Of a DNA stretch of 64,000 nt, positions 12,646 through 26,664 are shown one piece after another. The DNA comes from Octopus sinensis (lineage: Eukaryota): NCBI RefSeq assembly GCF_006345805.1, contig NC_042998.1, positions 81,716,001 to 81,780,000 on the forward strand, in the 5' to 3' direction. The notes beneath the pieces were generated by a model. That model had not been told where the DNA came from. It saw nothing but the letters and a program-made list of their open reading frames with translations, and made no database searches. The translations under genes were made by a program, and so were the position numbers. The stretch's first letter is position 1. Each line of letters opens with the position of its first letter.

Positions 12646-14040
12646 TGTATGTATATGTATGTGCGTACGTGTGCGAAGATTTTCCCAACTCTATTAGCAA
12701 TTAAACTCGCGTAGCAAAGTTAATATTTTATAGTCTTAATATATCAATAAAAGTTATGTAACAAATGTGTTCATATGGGTATATTCTGTGCTAATTTTGT
12801 ATATATAACGTACGCGTTTTTACTCGAATGAATTATAATAATTGTTACTAATTAAGACGTGAGACCTTTAATTTAGCGTGGCTCTTCTAATCGAGTACAT
12901 TGTCTATAGTGAATGATTGGTACTTTATTTTATTCACCCTATGTGAAGACGGTCAAAGTTAGATTCCCCGATGAAACGTTGCTAGAAACTTTGGGACGTT
13001 CTAACATTTCTCTCATTTTGGTACTCTACACACGAATTAAAATTAATATCTTTTTGTGATACTTCAACATTTTTATGCGCATTTTTGTAATATTTCTCAC
13101 ATTATCATATTTAACATCTTTTAAAATTTAGTAAACTGCCACTCAGTTTTCATTGATTGACTTTATGAAAGTCAATCGGAATCAAATGACTGATACAAGT
13201 AAAAGAATAGAAGAATAACCAGGAAATGAAAATGACTGGCAGAGGTACCCAATTAGGGCTTCGGAGGTTGTTTAAAACAGGAAGGATATACAATTACTAC
13301 TTAAGGTTCACTAAAAGCCTAAAATTCCATCTCGAACTGCAACTAAAAGCAAGAAAAGATTCCAACTGGACCTGCAATTAAAAGCAACTTAAAACTACTT
13401 AATGACCATCAGGTGTAGATATGTTGTCAAGCATAAAAAGGATCTGTAAACAAGGAAAACGACCGAAATTATGTTTGATTGTGACATTTATATCCTGAAA
13501 ACTTATGTTACATGTTACTATGCAGAGGAACGGAACGTGGAATTATGTGGTTGGGAAGCAAACTTCTGAACCATACAGTCATTCTTGCACCTAATATGTG
13601 TGTGTTTGCATTTTTTGTTAAATCGAGTGTTGTGTCCCATTATGTCTCAAAGTTAGCAGTTCATCACGCAGCAATCTATAAAATAAATACCAGATTGAAA
13701 TATGTACTGAGGTCAGTATGATCAATTGAATTTTTGAAGATGATACTTCATAATGGCGACAGTCGAAGGACTAAACCCAGTAAAATAATGTTTAAAGAAT
13801 TAATGGCTTCGAATTTAAGGTAATGGATTACTAACCACATGATATTCAGTTAGAGAACTTCCAATTGATAGCATAACACTATATACACTTCTCAGTCTAC
13901 TTGACTTCCAACAATTATCAATTGTAATTTGAAGTTGAATGTTTAGCTGTTAGAAAGATATCCGGATTTCTATAAAAATTATTGTGCAAAATGTTCTGAA
14001 GAAAAGTATTTTTCCCCGCAATAAAACACACACACACACG

Positions 14041-14105
<65 letters not shown>

Positions 14106-14112
14106 GCACACA

Positions 14113-14151
<39 letters not shown>

Positions 14152-14789
14152 AGGTGTCTCTGTAGTAACTTGAGCTACTACAAATAGCAGCCAAACCAAT
14201 CTCTCTTAAAATACACGCTTTCATGAAAAGAAAGACACACATTAACAGTATTTCAGGAAGAAAAAAAATCAACTATGCGATGGATCTGCTTCATCAGAGG
14301 CAACTCTGGGCCAAACAAAACACACTCAAACATACTTCACATTAAAAGATTATCCACTAAATAATACTAATATAGTTGACGGCATATCTTCGAAGTTTCA
14401 TTCCCTGGGAAAACTCCATTTTCTCATTATGCTCCTGGTAGAATTGCATCCCTTAGCTGAAGATCTCAAAATTGTGCGACTCGACCACGTTTTCAAAAGG
14501 AATTTTGTACTAAAAAACAGTTCTTGCGCAAAAAACATACTTTATTTGATAGACAAATGTTAACCGAATCTTTTGATACATCAAAATCGGCAACTCAGTT
14601 TTCGAATCCATTAGAAACATACGCACGCAGGCGCGCGCGCACACACACACATACACACACATACACACTCACACACACACACACAAACAAACTAACTTTG
14701 TTTTATATATTTCAATAGTATGTATATATATATATAATAATTATAATAATTCCATTTTCAAATTCACATTGATTTATACGGATTGTAGA

Positions 14790-14802
14790 AAAGTCCGTCG
14801 TA

Positions 14803-14846
<44 letters not shown>

Positions 14847-15140
14847 GTGTGTGTGTGTGTGTGTTTGCGTCTGTGTTTGGTCCCCCCAACATCGCTTGAC
14901 AACCGATGCTGGTGTGTTTACGTCCCCTTAACTTAGTACTTCGGCAAAATAGACCGATAGAATAAGTACTAGGCTTCCAAAGAATGAGTCCTGGAGTGAG
15001 ATTTGCTCGACTAAAGGCGGTGCTCCAGCATGGCCGCAGTGAAATGACCGAAACAAATAAAAGAGTAAAAGAGTAACGTATCACGCAATGATGGTTCACT
15101 TATTTGAAATTGCTTTCTTTACCTCTCCTAACCTATCGTA
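14790..15140 (+). repeat. Local duplicate of SINE A 3' half plus unique flank (copy of 16497-16900)
   Basis: Both copies share non-SINE flank tatcacgcaatgatgg...ctctccctaacctatcgtat. Confidence 0.9.
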
Positions 15141-16021
15141 TGTATATATATATATATATATATATATACATACATATATAAATATATATGCATTTTCATG
15201 TATGTATTTTTCATATGTAATGTATATATTTGTATTTTATATGTAATGGAATATATTTCAAGTTTTGCACATTGATATCTGTGAATTTAATCCTTAGTCT
15301 CTTATAAATATTTGGCCACTAGAAAATTCATCCGTATAAATCATTGTGAATTTGAAAATGGAATTATTATAATTCTTGTCAACGTTTATTTCGTCACAAA
15401 AAAATTGTTATCTTTAAAAGGAAGTAGACAAATCTGTCGGAATTTTAAGAGAGGCTGAAAGTTATTCTATTAAAATATATTGATTTGGTTATTTCATCAA
15501 AAACGAAACTATTATGATTTCATAAATATGAGGTGAATTAAATTATTCAGTATTCCGAACCTTTGAGAAGGGAGGTGAGCTGGCAGAATCTGTGGCACAC
15601 CAGCCAAAATGCTTAACAGCATTTCGCCCTTCTTTACTTCAGATTTTGTTCAAATTCCGCCGGGGTCGATGTTGCCTTACATCCTTCCGGGATCAATAAA
15701 ATGCGTACCAGATACACACTGGGTTCGATGTAATCGACTGATTCCCCTCCCCACAGATTTTCGAGATTATTAACTTTGATAGGTATGCCTACATTAGAAG
15801 TTCTGTTTTTTTTTTCTTATTCCATATTAATTGATACAATGAGCATATTCTGAACACAAATATTCGTAAGATATGGACCTTCACTTTGAAATCTGGGATA
15901 ATTTAAGTTTCACCAAACAGCTGTTTGGATGAATTCCTAAAAGATTATCCATGATAATCGGTCTTGAACATAACTAATCTCATTCAAATAGATATGTTCA
16001 TGTGCACACCATCAACACTAC

Positions 16022-16057
<36 letters not shown>

Positions 16058-16343
16058 ACACACACACAAAGACACACACACACACACATACACACACTTA
16101 CACACGCACATGTATGTAGGTACGAGCGTATCTTCAAAATTGATATCTTATGAGCGCAATAAAATTATGGGTATGTATTTGTAAAAATGGGATTTCTTTA
16201 TTTCACGTTGAACAACTAGAGTGTTTGTATCGCACGATTTTGTTAAGCAATGAGTTTTAAGTTACAGTGTCAACAATTTCAGCAGCCAGATGGTGTTGAG
16301 GTGCGATCACACGATCATCCTTGTAACTTAATCACAATAAGTC

Positions 16344-16524
16344 AGGAGTGGCTGTGTGTGTGGTATGTAGCTTGCTTACCAACCACATGGTTCCGGGTTC
16401 AATCCCACTGCGTGGCACCTTGGACTAGTGTCTTCTACTGTAGCTTCAGGCCGACCATAGACTTGTGAGTGGATTTGGTAGTCGGAAACTGAAAGAAGTC
16501 CGTCGTATATATGTATATGTATAT

Positions 16525-16614
<90 letters not shown>

Positions 16615-16835
16615 TGTGTGTGTGTTTGCGTCTGTGTTTGGTCCCCCCAACATCGCTTGACAACCGATGCTGGTGTGTTTACGTCCCCTTAACTTAGTAC
16701 TTCAGCAAAATAGACCGATAGAATAAGTACTAGGCTTCCAAAGAATAGTCCTGGGGTGAGATTTGCTCGACTAAAGGCGGTGCTCCAGCATGGCCGCAGT
16801 GAAATGACTGAAACAAATAAAAGAGTAAAAGAGTA
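16344..16835 (+). mobile_element. Uninterrupted SINE family A (tRNA-like head, internal TA/TG microsatellite, CR1-like tail)
   Basis: Head aggagtggctgtgtg...ggttcaatccc (A/B boxes); tail ggcggtgctccagcatggccgcag...ctgaaac(aaataaaagagt). Confidence 0.9.
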
Positions 16836-17104
16836 ACATATCACGCAATGATGGTACACTTATTTGAAATTGCTTTCTTTACCTCTCCTAACCTATCGTA
16901 TTTGGAATGGTTGTAAAGCCAGTGATTCCTAACATTTTTCCATAAATATCCTTCCAAAAGACTTAGTATGGAATATACTAGATTCTACCCTAATATATCA
17001 AAGATAGTAATTAGTACTTGTATTTCAAGCAAATATAAACGATTTTATTATTTTCCTTATCAAAATACTCATAGCGTGAGTAAAACTCATAAGGTGAATA
17101 CTCA

Positions 17105-17320
17105 TAGGTTTCAAATTTTGGCATTAGGCCAGTCGGTTTGGTGGAGGGGATAAGTCGATTAAATCGACACAGCGTTCAACTGGTACTTGTTTTATCAACC
17201 CAGAAAGGATGAAAGAATTAGTCGCCCTCGGCGGAATTTTAACTCAGAACGTGAAAACGAACGAAATGCCGCTAAGCATTTTGCCAGCGTTTTGATGATT
17301 CTGCCAGCAGCCAGCTTATA
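17105..17320 (-). mobile_element. SINE family B, diverged
   Basis: ctcggcggaattttaactcagaacgt...ttctgccagc. Confidence 0.8.
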
Positions 17321-17999
17321 AAGGGAATAAATATTGCCCCATTTTTTTTCTTACAAGATATCATAATTAATAACTAAATGTGTAAATCTTCACACAATTG
17401 GTGACACAATAATAATACCCAAAATTTCTGACTTTCTTACAGCTGTCATCAAAGTAGATTTAGCTACTTTAAAATCAGTTTCTATCATTACTGATGTCTG
17501 TCACCGTATTGGCTAAATTGCTGAAGATACTAAAGATCAGTTATGCATGGATGTTTGGACAGAATGTATTAATGTAAATAAATAAGAAAGGAATAATTAT
17601 AATAGCAGACATTATATCAATATGACTGAAATAAGAGTAATTGAAATAACACAGTCCGTTTATTAATATGATACCTGTGGCTGATATCCAGCAGCGAGTT
17701 TTATAATATTTGGTTCCAAATTTGATGAAACAAGTCGTAACTCAATTGCTGCATAACTTGCAATCGGTTTCTGGTGTTGATCAAAAGTTGCTTTACTGCG
17801 TAAAAATGACTTTTTGTCTCAATTAGCAGCTTCATTTCAAAATAGAGAATAGTTCTAAGTACGTTGCTACAACATATATTTTTTATACAACTTATGGTTT
17901 ATACAATATTTATACAAGTAATGGTTTTACAAGCTTCAACTTTATTTCCTCATCCTTTTAAAGTCAGTGATGGCTTCGTACAGTTGATTTTATTTCTCT

Positions 18000-18530
18000 T
18001 TATCACATGTGTTGTTGGACCTCATGGAGTCTTGCATGCATAGTGAGCTTGCTACCTGCATGCAGCCTGTAGTACCATGCTATCCGTTCTTTTCAGCTGT
18101 CTAATACTTCCCTGATCAGTCTGGCAGCGCCAAGGAGGCAAACTTTTTGCAACAGTTCTATTACACACTCTATTTCAATTTCCTTTATATTCCCCTTGAT
18201 GCGTTCGATACTGTTCCCAAGGAGCTAACAGTAATTGGCACTATCTGCACCTTCTTCATTTTCTATAGTCGGGGTATTTCGTACTTAAGAGGGTTGAATT
18301 TATCTATTTTTACTCCTTCCTTCTTGACTATTCGTGGGTCAAAGGGGAAATAACAACTATATAGCACGTGTGGTGCACCTTGTGCACCGCTACAAGGTCC
18401 GATCTTTTATACTGCAGTACCTGATCTGTTTGGATTGGGAAATCACAGAGGATTTTGGCAGTATTTGACTCCACCACGCTCTGTGGTTTGTGCTCATACC
18501 ACGTCTTGCTTCTCTCTAGCCCCCACATTT
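18000..18530 (-). mobile_element. R4/Dong-like LINE 3' fragment (RLE domain)
   Basis: WYEHKPQSVVE...KILCDFPIQTD...KRSDLV resembles the RLE region found in the other copies. Confidence 0.75.
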
Positions 18531-18729
18531 AGCACAGTTTCCAATGTAGAACTTTCGCTACCTGATCGTGTCGCTACAACTTGTATATTATTATACAGGA
18601 TCGACTTTGCCTTTCATCCTTTTAGCGTAGATAAATTCAGTACCAGTGAAACACTGGGATCGATGTAGTCGAATTATCCTCTTCCTTCAAATTTCAGGCC
18701 TTGAGCCTATGATAGAAATAATTCAAGGA

Positions 18730-18805
<76 letters not shown>

Positions 18806-18806
<1 letters not shown>

Positions 18807-19366
18807 CATTGAGTGAGAGAGCAGTGCATGCCATCAAAGTGACACTGGGGTAAAATATGCGGAGCCCAGTATACCCATCATGACTACCCGTCTGATAAGG
18901 GTACACGAGGCACATGCAGCACAACCATATGTGCGTGACATGGTGATGTCATATCAAGATAAACAGCACATGACCTTACAGATGGGGCCCAGTTAGAATT
19001 TTCTTCTGGTCGAGCAGCCCATCCCGCTCAAAAGGTCCCTGAATAAAAGTTGTTTAAGGATGTTGAACGAAACATCCATGTTTCCAGAGGTGAATTATTC
19101 AAACCCCAAAGAATCCCTCTTAGCACATGGGTACGATGCTCCCCCCACTACTTCTGCTCGTGATCAGAGATGCACATATCGTCAGCCACTAAGAGACATG
19201 TTCAACTGGTTAAAGTCAAACAACTGACAAGGAAATCTGTGGTATTGAGCAGAATATTTGCTGTAGCTCATCTTTTATACCAAGACAAAACAATGTACAT
19301 GATAACACTTCCAATCAGTAAGATGCGAAGCCACGTGAGCCATTGTCTGGTACTGCATCAAGGCAT
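18806..19366. mobile_element. ~560-bp non-coding insert cleanly bounded by (TTA)n; probable non-autonomous element
   Basis: Complex sequence with (TTA)n on both sides and no credible ORF. Confidence 0.55.
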
Positions 19367-19435
19367 TTATTATTATTATTATTATTCTATGTTTGACTTT
19401 TGCTTTATGTCTGTACAAGTTGGCTCCAAGTCAAC

Positions 19436-19495
<60 letters not shown>

Positions 19496-19497
<2 letters not shown>

Positions 19498-21040
19498 GTC
19501 AGACCTTTATTTTGTATTTGTGCAAGTTGATTTCAAGTTTCGCCCAGAGACCTCAAGAGACATATAGAAGTCCAGGCTGGTGTTATGCCTAGAACGTCAT
19601 ATATTTGGTTTTGCACATAGTATTGGTCTAGAGAATATTTAAGAAAACATAAGAAAATTATGAGTTTGTTTTAAAATTTGAGATTACATACACAGCATTT
19701 TACGTAGGATATGGGCAGAAGCCATGAGCACTATCTTTTAAATTTCTGCCATTTTGGGGTTTCCTAGTATCTGAGCTAGGTAGCAATCAGCCCATTTTGC
19801 TATCATACCTGGGGTTCCTATGATGACAAGTATTGGTTTTGACTCGATGTTCCATATTTTGACAATTTTTATTTGAAGATATTTAAACTTGCTCAGTTTT
19901 TGGTAGGACTTGACAGATGTATTTATGTCGATTGGGACAGATATATCAATGAGGAATCATGATTTTTTCTGAAGTCTTTCAATATAATGTCTGGCCTATA
20001 CACATCTATCTTACTGTTACTTTGATTGGTGAAGTTCGAGAGAAGTGAGGTGTGATCATTTTCAAGCACTGGAGGAGTTTTGTGTTTCCACCAGTTTTTA
20101 TCGTGTAGCAGGTCCAGGTTTTTACAAATTACCCAGTGGATATACTGTGCTACTCTAACATGTCTGTTAAGATACACTACACGCGCAAGAAGACTGCACA
20201 TAGAAACAACATGATCGGTAGTTTCATTTCATTGTTTACATACACATGTTCAGATACTGCCGTTCTTTAATATGTTGGTCTGGTAGTTCCTTGTAGGTAG
20301 GTATTGATCATAGGCTGCTATGATAATCCCTTCTGTTTTTTATTTTAAGCCTGAGATGCGAACCATTGATCGGTTTGGGTTTATTAACATCGACACTATT
20401 AGGTCTCTTGGGGTATTTGCCATTGAAATGTTTTTCTTGCTATGTATCAGTAAGAATACCTAAGCCAGCAGTTTTAGCATGGGTTTCCATACGCTTAGCG
20501 TTTTCAGTGCTTGTTTCCAGTATGTCTAATTCTGGGAATTTTTGTATTTGGGATTCACTTATATATTCCTTTGCCTGTTTTGTTACTGAGTATGATGCTT
20601 TCTTGTTTCCATGCTTCAAAACAAGTTTTAACACCCAGTCATCAGAGTTTTTCAGGTATGTGTTCAGGCCCATTTTGGCAATCTTCATTGTTAATTCCAG
20701 TTGTAAATGTCCGCAGCCTCCCTCTTTTCTTGGCAGGTAAATTCGATCTATATATGCATTAGGGTGGTGTATTCTATGCATTGGCAACAATTTTCGTATT
20801 TTCCTATCAAGATTACATATTTCAGTAATTGACCAGTTAATGATATTGAAACTATGAGTCACGACCGGTATGGCTAAAGTTTTGATCACTTCGATCCTGT
20901 TTCTTGTCTTCAGCTCTGTTTTGATTATTATTGCCCTTACCCTGTGATAATATTATATTCTGATCCCTTTCTGCATCAGTGAATGTTTGATTCCATCACA
21001 TTCAAATATCCCTAAGTATTTGTAGCTCTCCGCTGGCTAT
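19496..21040 (-). mobile_element. R4/Dong-like LINE family B, 5'-truncated and decayed
   Basis: TLAIPVV...DRIYLPRKEGGCG, RHVRVAQYIHW and YRPDIILKD motifs; 3' end abuts (TTA)n. Confidence 0.88.
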
Positions 21041-21147
21041 TGTTGTTGTTGTTGTTATTAGACTGCACATGAAACAATATGATCAATTATCATTTTGTTA
21101 TTATTATTATTATTATTATTACTATTATTATTATTATTATTATTTTA

Positions 21148-22072
21148 TGTTTGACTTTGTACAAGTTGATTCCAAGTCTCACCTAAAGACCTCAAGAGAC
21201 AACAAGTTTGAAAGTCAGGTTGGTGTTATGCCTAGAATGTCATATATTTAGTTTTGCACATAGCATTGTTCTAGAGAATGTTTAGGAAGACATAAGAAAA
21301 TTATGAGTTTGTTTTAAAATTTGAGATTACAGAGACAGTATTTTACGTATGATATGGGCAGTTCCCATGATCATCTTTTGAATTTCTGCCATTTTGGGGT
21401 TTCTGTTATCTGAGCTAGGTAGCAATCAGCCCCTTTTTCTAAGGCACCAGGTATTCTAAGGCAACAGGTATTGTTTTAGTCTTCAGGTTCCACATTTTGC
21501 TAATTTCTGTTTCATGATCTTGTAATTGCTCACCTTTTGACAGGTCTTGACAGATACAACTATGTCGATTGGTACAGTCATATCAATAAGGAGGCATGAT
21601 TTTTCCTGAAGTCTTTGAATAGGATGCCTGCTCTATTCGGATCTATCTTTCTGTCAGTTTGAGATGAGTAAGATGTGATCATTTTCAAGCACTGGAGGTG
21701 GTCGTGTTCCCACAAGTTTTTATCATGGGGCAGGTCAAAGTTTTTGCAAATTACCCAGTGAATATATTATGCTGCTCTCTCATGCCTGCTGAGATACTGT
21801 GTAGGCGCAAAAAGACTGCACATGTAGGTAAGCATTGATCTTGGGCTGTTATGATTTACCCTTCTGTTTCTGATTTTAAGCCAGAAGACACTAACAAATG
21901 ATCAGTAAGGGCTCTGTTAACATAAACACTATTAGCTCTTTTTTGTACTTGCCATTGACAGTTTTGTCTTCCCATTTATCGTAAGAATATCTAAGGCAGC
22001 AATTTTAGCACGGGTTTTCATACGCTTAGCTTTTTCTGTACATGTTTCCAGTGTGTCTAATTCTGGAATTTG
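21148..22072 (-). mobile_element. R4/Dong-like LINE family B, second truncated copy
   Basis: Colinear with 19496-20550; flanked by (TTA)n and (CAT)n. Confidence 0.88.
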
Positions 22073-22157
22073 TATCATCATCATCAGCAGCAGCATCAGC
22101 ATCATCATCATAATCATCATCATAATCATCATCATCATCACTACCACCACCACCACC

Positions 22158-22204
<47 letters not shown>

Positions 22205-22244
22205 TATCATTATCTTTATCGTTATTAATATCATTATTATTATT

Positions 22245-22282
<38 letters not shown>

Positions 22283-22314
22283 TATCATTATGATTATCTT
22301 TATCGTTATTATTA

Positions 22315-22352
<38 letters not shown>

Positions 22353-22386
22353 ATCATCATCATCATCATCATTATCATCATTATTA

Positions 22387-22422
<36 letters not shown>

Positions 22423-22452
22423 TATTATTATTAATATTATTATTATTATTAT
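22073..22452. repeat. (CAT)n/(CAC)n/(TAT)n compound microsatellite
   Basis: Directly visible. Confidence 0.95.
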
Positions 22453-25400
22453 TTCCTCTTTCTTCAAATTTTCTTCCATTTCTCGCCGAGTGTTTTCCGT
22501 AGACCTACTGCAGCGAAGCTTATTGTATGTATTCCCAGATTACACAAGCAAATTCACAGGTAAAATATGTATTTAAAAAAATTAATAAATAAATAAATTC
22601 ATGGATGGATGTTGTTTTCACAGCGATAATGCTCTTCCCAGTACGTGAGCCGTTCCAGTTAACACGATTTTTTGCACTTCCTGTGGGGATGGTAAGCCTG
22701 GTATGATTTTCAAATAGGTTTCAGTACCTTTTTTTTATCATTCCTTGAGATCCTACAATCACTGGTACTCTTGTCGCCTTGAGATGCCACATTTTTTTTC
22801 AATTTCTGTTAGCAACTCTTTATATTTACTGATCTTGTCAAATTCTTTCACCGCTATATTGTGATAGCAAGGAATACTCATGTCAATTAATAAACACACC
22901 TTTTTTGTTTGATCTTTTATGATAATATCAGGTTTATTAGCTTTTATAGTTTTGTCGGTATGTACGGGGAAGTCCGATAGAATCGACGCATTTTCTCCCT
23001 CAGTCACAGCTTCAGGATGGTATTTATACCATTTGTCAGCGGTTTTGATTTTATAATGCCGACATATTGTCCAGTGTAAATACTGGCCGACTCTGTCATG
23101 TATTGCTTTATATTCTACAGGTACTAAGACTCTACACCCTGAGATTAGGTGGTCTATATTTTCAATCTCATCGTTACAGAATCGGCATTTTCAGTCAGTT
23201 CCATTTTTTATCACATTGGCTTTGTAGTTCCGGGTAAATAAGCTTTGGTCTTCAGCAGCTAATATGAAACCCTTAACTCTCTTCCTTTGGCCATGTGCTT
23301 CGTAACCGATGATACATGTGTTTCTGGTCGACATCAGCTTGTTTGCTACAGGCCACATACTTGCCATGGAGAGGTTTCTGTTCCCATCTGCTAGCTAAAT
23401 TTTCATGTGCTTTTGTCTTTGCAATAAATTTTATTTTCTTTGCAGCTGCAGTTGGCGCATTTCCCTCAACTTGATCAATCTGGTTGGCATCTAAGAGATC
23501 AGTAGCGAATTTTTTGCTCTCTTTGAGAATAGAGTGACGTTTTGTAGGTCTTTCATGTTTTTCAACAAGTTTTAGCATCCAATCGTTGGTTGTTTCAAGG
23601 TATTTAGCCAGTCCGATTGTGGTGGATTTGTGCGTAAGTTCAAGCTGGATCAAGCCTCGACCTCCCTGAACTCTGGGAAGGTAAAGGCGATCCACGTCTG
23701 CCTTTGGATGGTGCATCTTATTACAAGTCAGCTGCTTGGGGATTTTTCTGTCAGTTTTCATTATTTCAGTTAAGCACGTTGAAGCTATAAAGAACAACTG
23801 GGACTGCTAAGGAATTTATGGCTAGCACCTTATTATATGCATTCAGCTCAGACTTCAGGACTGCTCGAACTCTTCTATAACATTCCTTCCCAACCCTCTC
23901 TTTCATGCTTGCATGCTGGATACCAGAGCCTTCATTTATTCCTAGGTCTTTATAGGTTTGCTCCCGCTCAAGTTCCTTTATTACTGTTTCGACATCTAAT
24001 TCGATTGAACTTGACTTTACCAATTTCCCTTTCTTAAAAGTGGCTTTGGCACACTTTTCAAGGCCAAACTCTATCCCCATATCATCACTGAATCCTTTCA
24101 CAGTATGTAGTAGTCCTTCAAGCTCTTCATCATCTTTGTCATATAGTTTTAAATCATCCATATAAAATAGATGGCTTATTTTCCAGTTGTCACATTTGTA
24201 GCCATACCCTGTTCTATTCAGTTCACTTGAAAGAGGTATTAATGCTATGCAGAAAATTAGTGGTGAAAGTGAGTCACCTTGGAAAATGCCACAGTTTATG
24301 CTAATATTGTTTGAGCGCAATTCTCCATCAGAATGATATAATTGGAGCTTCGTGTTCCATAGTGACATCGTATACTTTAAAAAATCTGAAATCACAGGAG
24401 AAATTTTGAAAATGTCCTGCGATTTCAGAATCCACGAATGCGGTATGCTTTGAAAGGCTTTTTTATAATCAATCCATGAAAATCTGATATCTCTGCACTT
24501 GTTTTGGCAGTTCTCAAGGATCATGCAATTAATTAGGAGCTGATCTTTGCATCCGTATGTGCTTCGTATGCATCCTTTTTGTTCAGTGGGAAAGAGGTTA
24601 TTCTTTTCCATAAACGTATATGTTTTTTCCTTTAGAATAGATGTCAAAATCTTATAGGTAGTAGACAAACATGTTATAGGTCGGTAGTTTCTTGGGCCTT
24701 CTGTTTCGTTAATTCTTGGGAGGAAGTAAGTAATACCATTTGCCATCCAATGGGGAGTTCTTCCGAGTCTTTCATAATACTATTAAATTGTATTACTAAC
24801 ATTTTGTGTGCTGGCGAGAATGATGAGAGCCAGAAATTTGGTACTTTATCAATACCAGGAGATTTCCCTTATGAGCCTTCGTTAGTGCCCACCTTGGGTC
24901 GGCGATGGAGATGTCTTCCCATACCTGTTCTTGTAGATTTTTGTAGGCATCTTGGGTGCGTTTGATCTAGTCTGCATTTTCATTGTATGGCTTCTCATCA
25001 GTCCTGATTTCTTTCCAAAGTTTTCAACTTCTTCCATTAGGAGTGGATTTTCAATGGTTACTTTTCTTTACCTATTTCCACGTAAAATGATTTGGCATTG
25101 GATTTGAACATCTTATTTTGATTCTAGTATTTGATTCTTTTCTCAAATCTGCGTATTGTCTGAGCTTTTGCTTGAACTTTTTGTTTTAAGTGTTTCTTTC
25201 GCTGACATTAGTTCTCTATTTGAGAGTCCATATTTTCTCACAATCTTCCTGCCTTTTCTTGATCTTACATCATTTCCAGAGATTAGCTCAGTTAATATTG
25301 ATATCACCCTTCGCAATGATTCAATCTCAGATTTAATTCTACTCCTCCAGTTTGATTTTCTTTTCGAATTTGAAATTGTTGGCTTTTTGGGTGTTAAACA

Positions 25401-26220
25401 TCGTCTTTTGATTACTTTAGCAACAGAGTAGATAATTTCATTTAACTTATTAAGATCGGGTTTTAGTTGTATCATTTCTTGTGTAACGCAGTTACCAAAT
25501 TTTATTTGTGTTTTAAGTTGGTGTGCATTTGAGAGTTTATGGAATGATCTCTATGATTGATATTTTTATGCCCTACAACTGCAAGGTCATTCAGAACTTC
25601 CTGCTTCATTTCAGTGATAGATTTTCTTAGTTGTTCAGCAAATATGTGGCCTTCAAATTCTGTTTCGACATCATTTTCCTGGCTGTTTTTTCTAATGTCA
25701 TTATATTTCCCTTTTTCTTCAGGCTCTTGAGTGGTTTCGGCAGATGGTCGCCTTTCAATCAATGCTTGTGGTCCAACATTCCTCACATCTGCTTCGTTAT
25801 TTCTTTCCTGACGTATATTTAGGTCATTCTCTACCACTTTTTTCATAGTGGTTAATTCTGCATCTGTGAGTCTGGTATTTCTGAAGATATCTCTTTTAAC
25901 ATTTGCTAATCTGTTTTCATCCAGGTTTGATCTGCTAGCTGGATTCCGGCTCCTCCAAATTCTGCAGGAGCTTGCGGTGTGTTTCTCTTGGGTTGGCCTA
26001 CTTATTGCAAAGTAATAAGCGTATATTACTTCTTTATATTCTTCCCGGTTCCCTTTAATTATTTTACATTTTTGATTTTGTGGTCGATGTGGTGGTGAGC
26101 TTTGGAGGCTTAAGCGACCTCCAGCTTCGTATTCGGGGAAGATATTCTGAAATTTGAAAATTTTTCGTCGTCAGGCTGACAGCCTCCTGAATAGCCATTG
26201 GACAAGCGATTCGGTGTACT
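22453..26220 (-). mobile_element. Near full-length decayed R4/Dong-like LINE (family A): N-terminal region, RT, Cys-rich region, RLE
   Basis: RT ORF 23766-24746, DRLYLPRVQGGRGL, ANKPDIII...LLIDMSIP; many stops and frameshifts; 3' end in (TTA)n. 5' boundary approximate. Confidence 0.9.
23766..24746 (-). pseudogene. Reverse transcriptase domain fragment of the R4/Dong-like LINE
   Basis: NYRPITCL, DYKKAF, GIFQGDSLSPLIF and FYMDD motifs. Confidence 0.93.
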
Positions 26221-26379
26221 GTTTGAAAAAAATTCTTTCTTTTTAAGTGAAGTTAAATTATTATTAAATTTTCATTTTTAAAAAATATTTTTTTATTTAT
26301 TTAATTATTATTTTTTTTACATATCTATTTTATTTTTAACCACTAATCTTCATGCAAGGGCTGCATATATCATCATTAG

Positions 26380-26664
26380 CAGCAGTAGCACCACCACCAG
26401 TTTTTGTAGTAGCAGCAGCAATATCACATTCAGCAGCAGCAGCAGCGGCAGTGATAATAGCAGTATTCTCCTCCTTCTTCTTCTTCTTCTTCTTTTTTCT
26501 TCTTCTTCTTTTTTCTTCTTCTTCTTCTTCTTCTTCTTCTTCTTCTTCTTCTTCTTCTTCTTCTTCTTCTTCTTCTTCTTCTCTCTTCTTCTTCTTCTTC
26601 TTTTCTTCTTCTTCTTCTTCTTCTTTTCTTCTTTTTCTTCTTCTTCTTCTTCTTATTATTATTA
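26380..26664. repeat. (GCA)n/(TTC)n/(TTA)n microsatellite block
   Basis: Directly visible. Confidence 0.93.
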
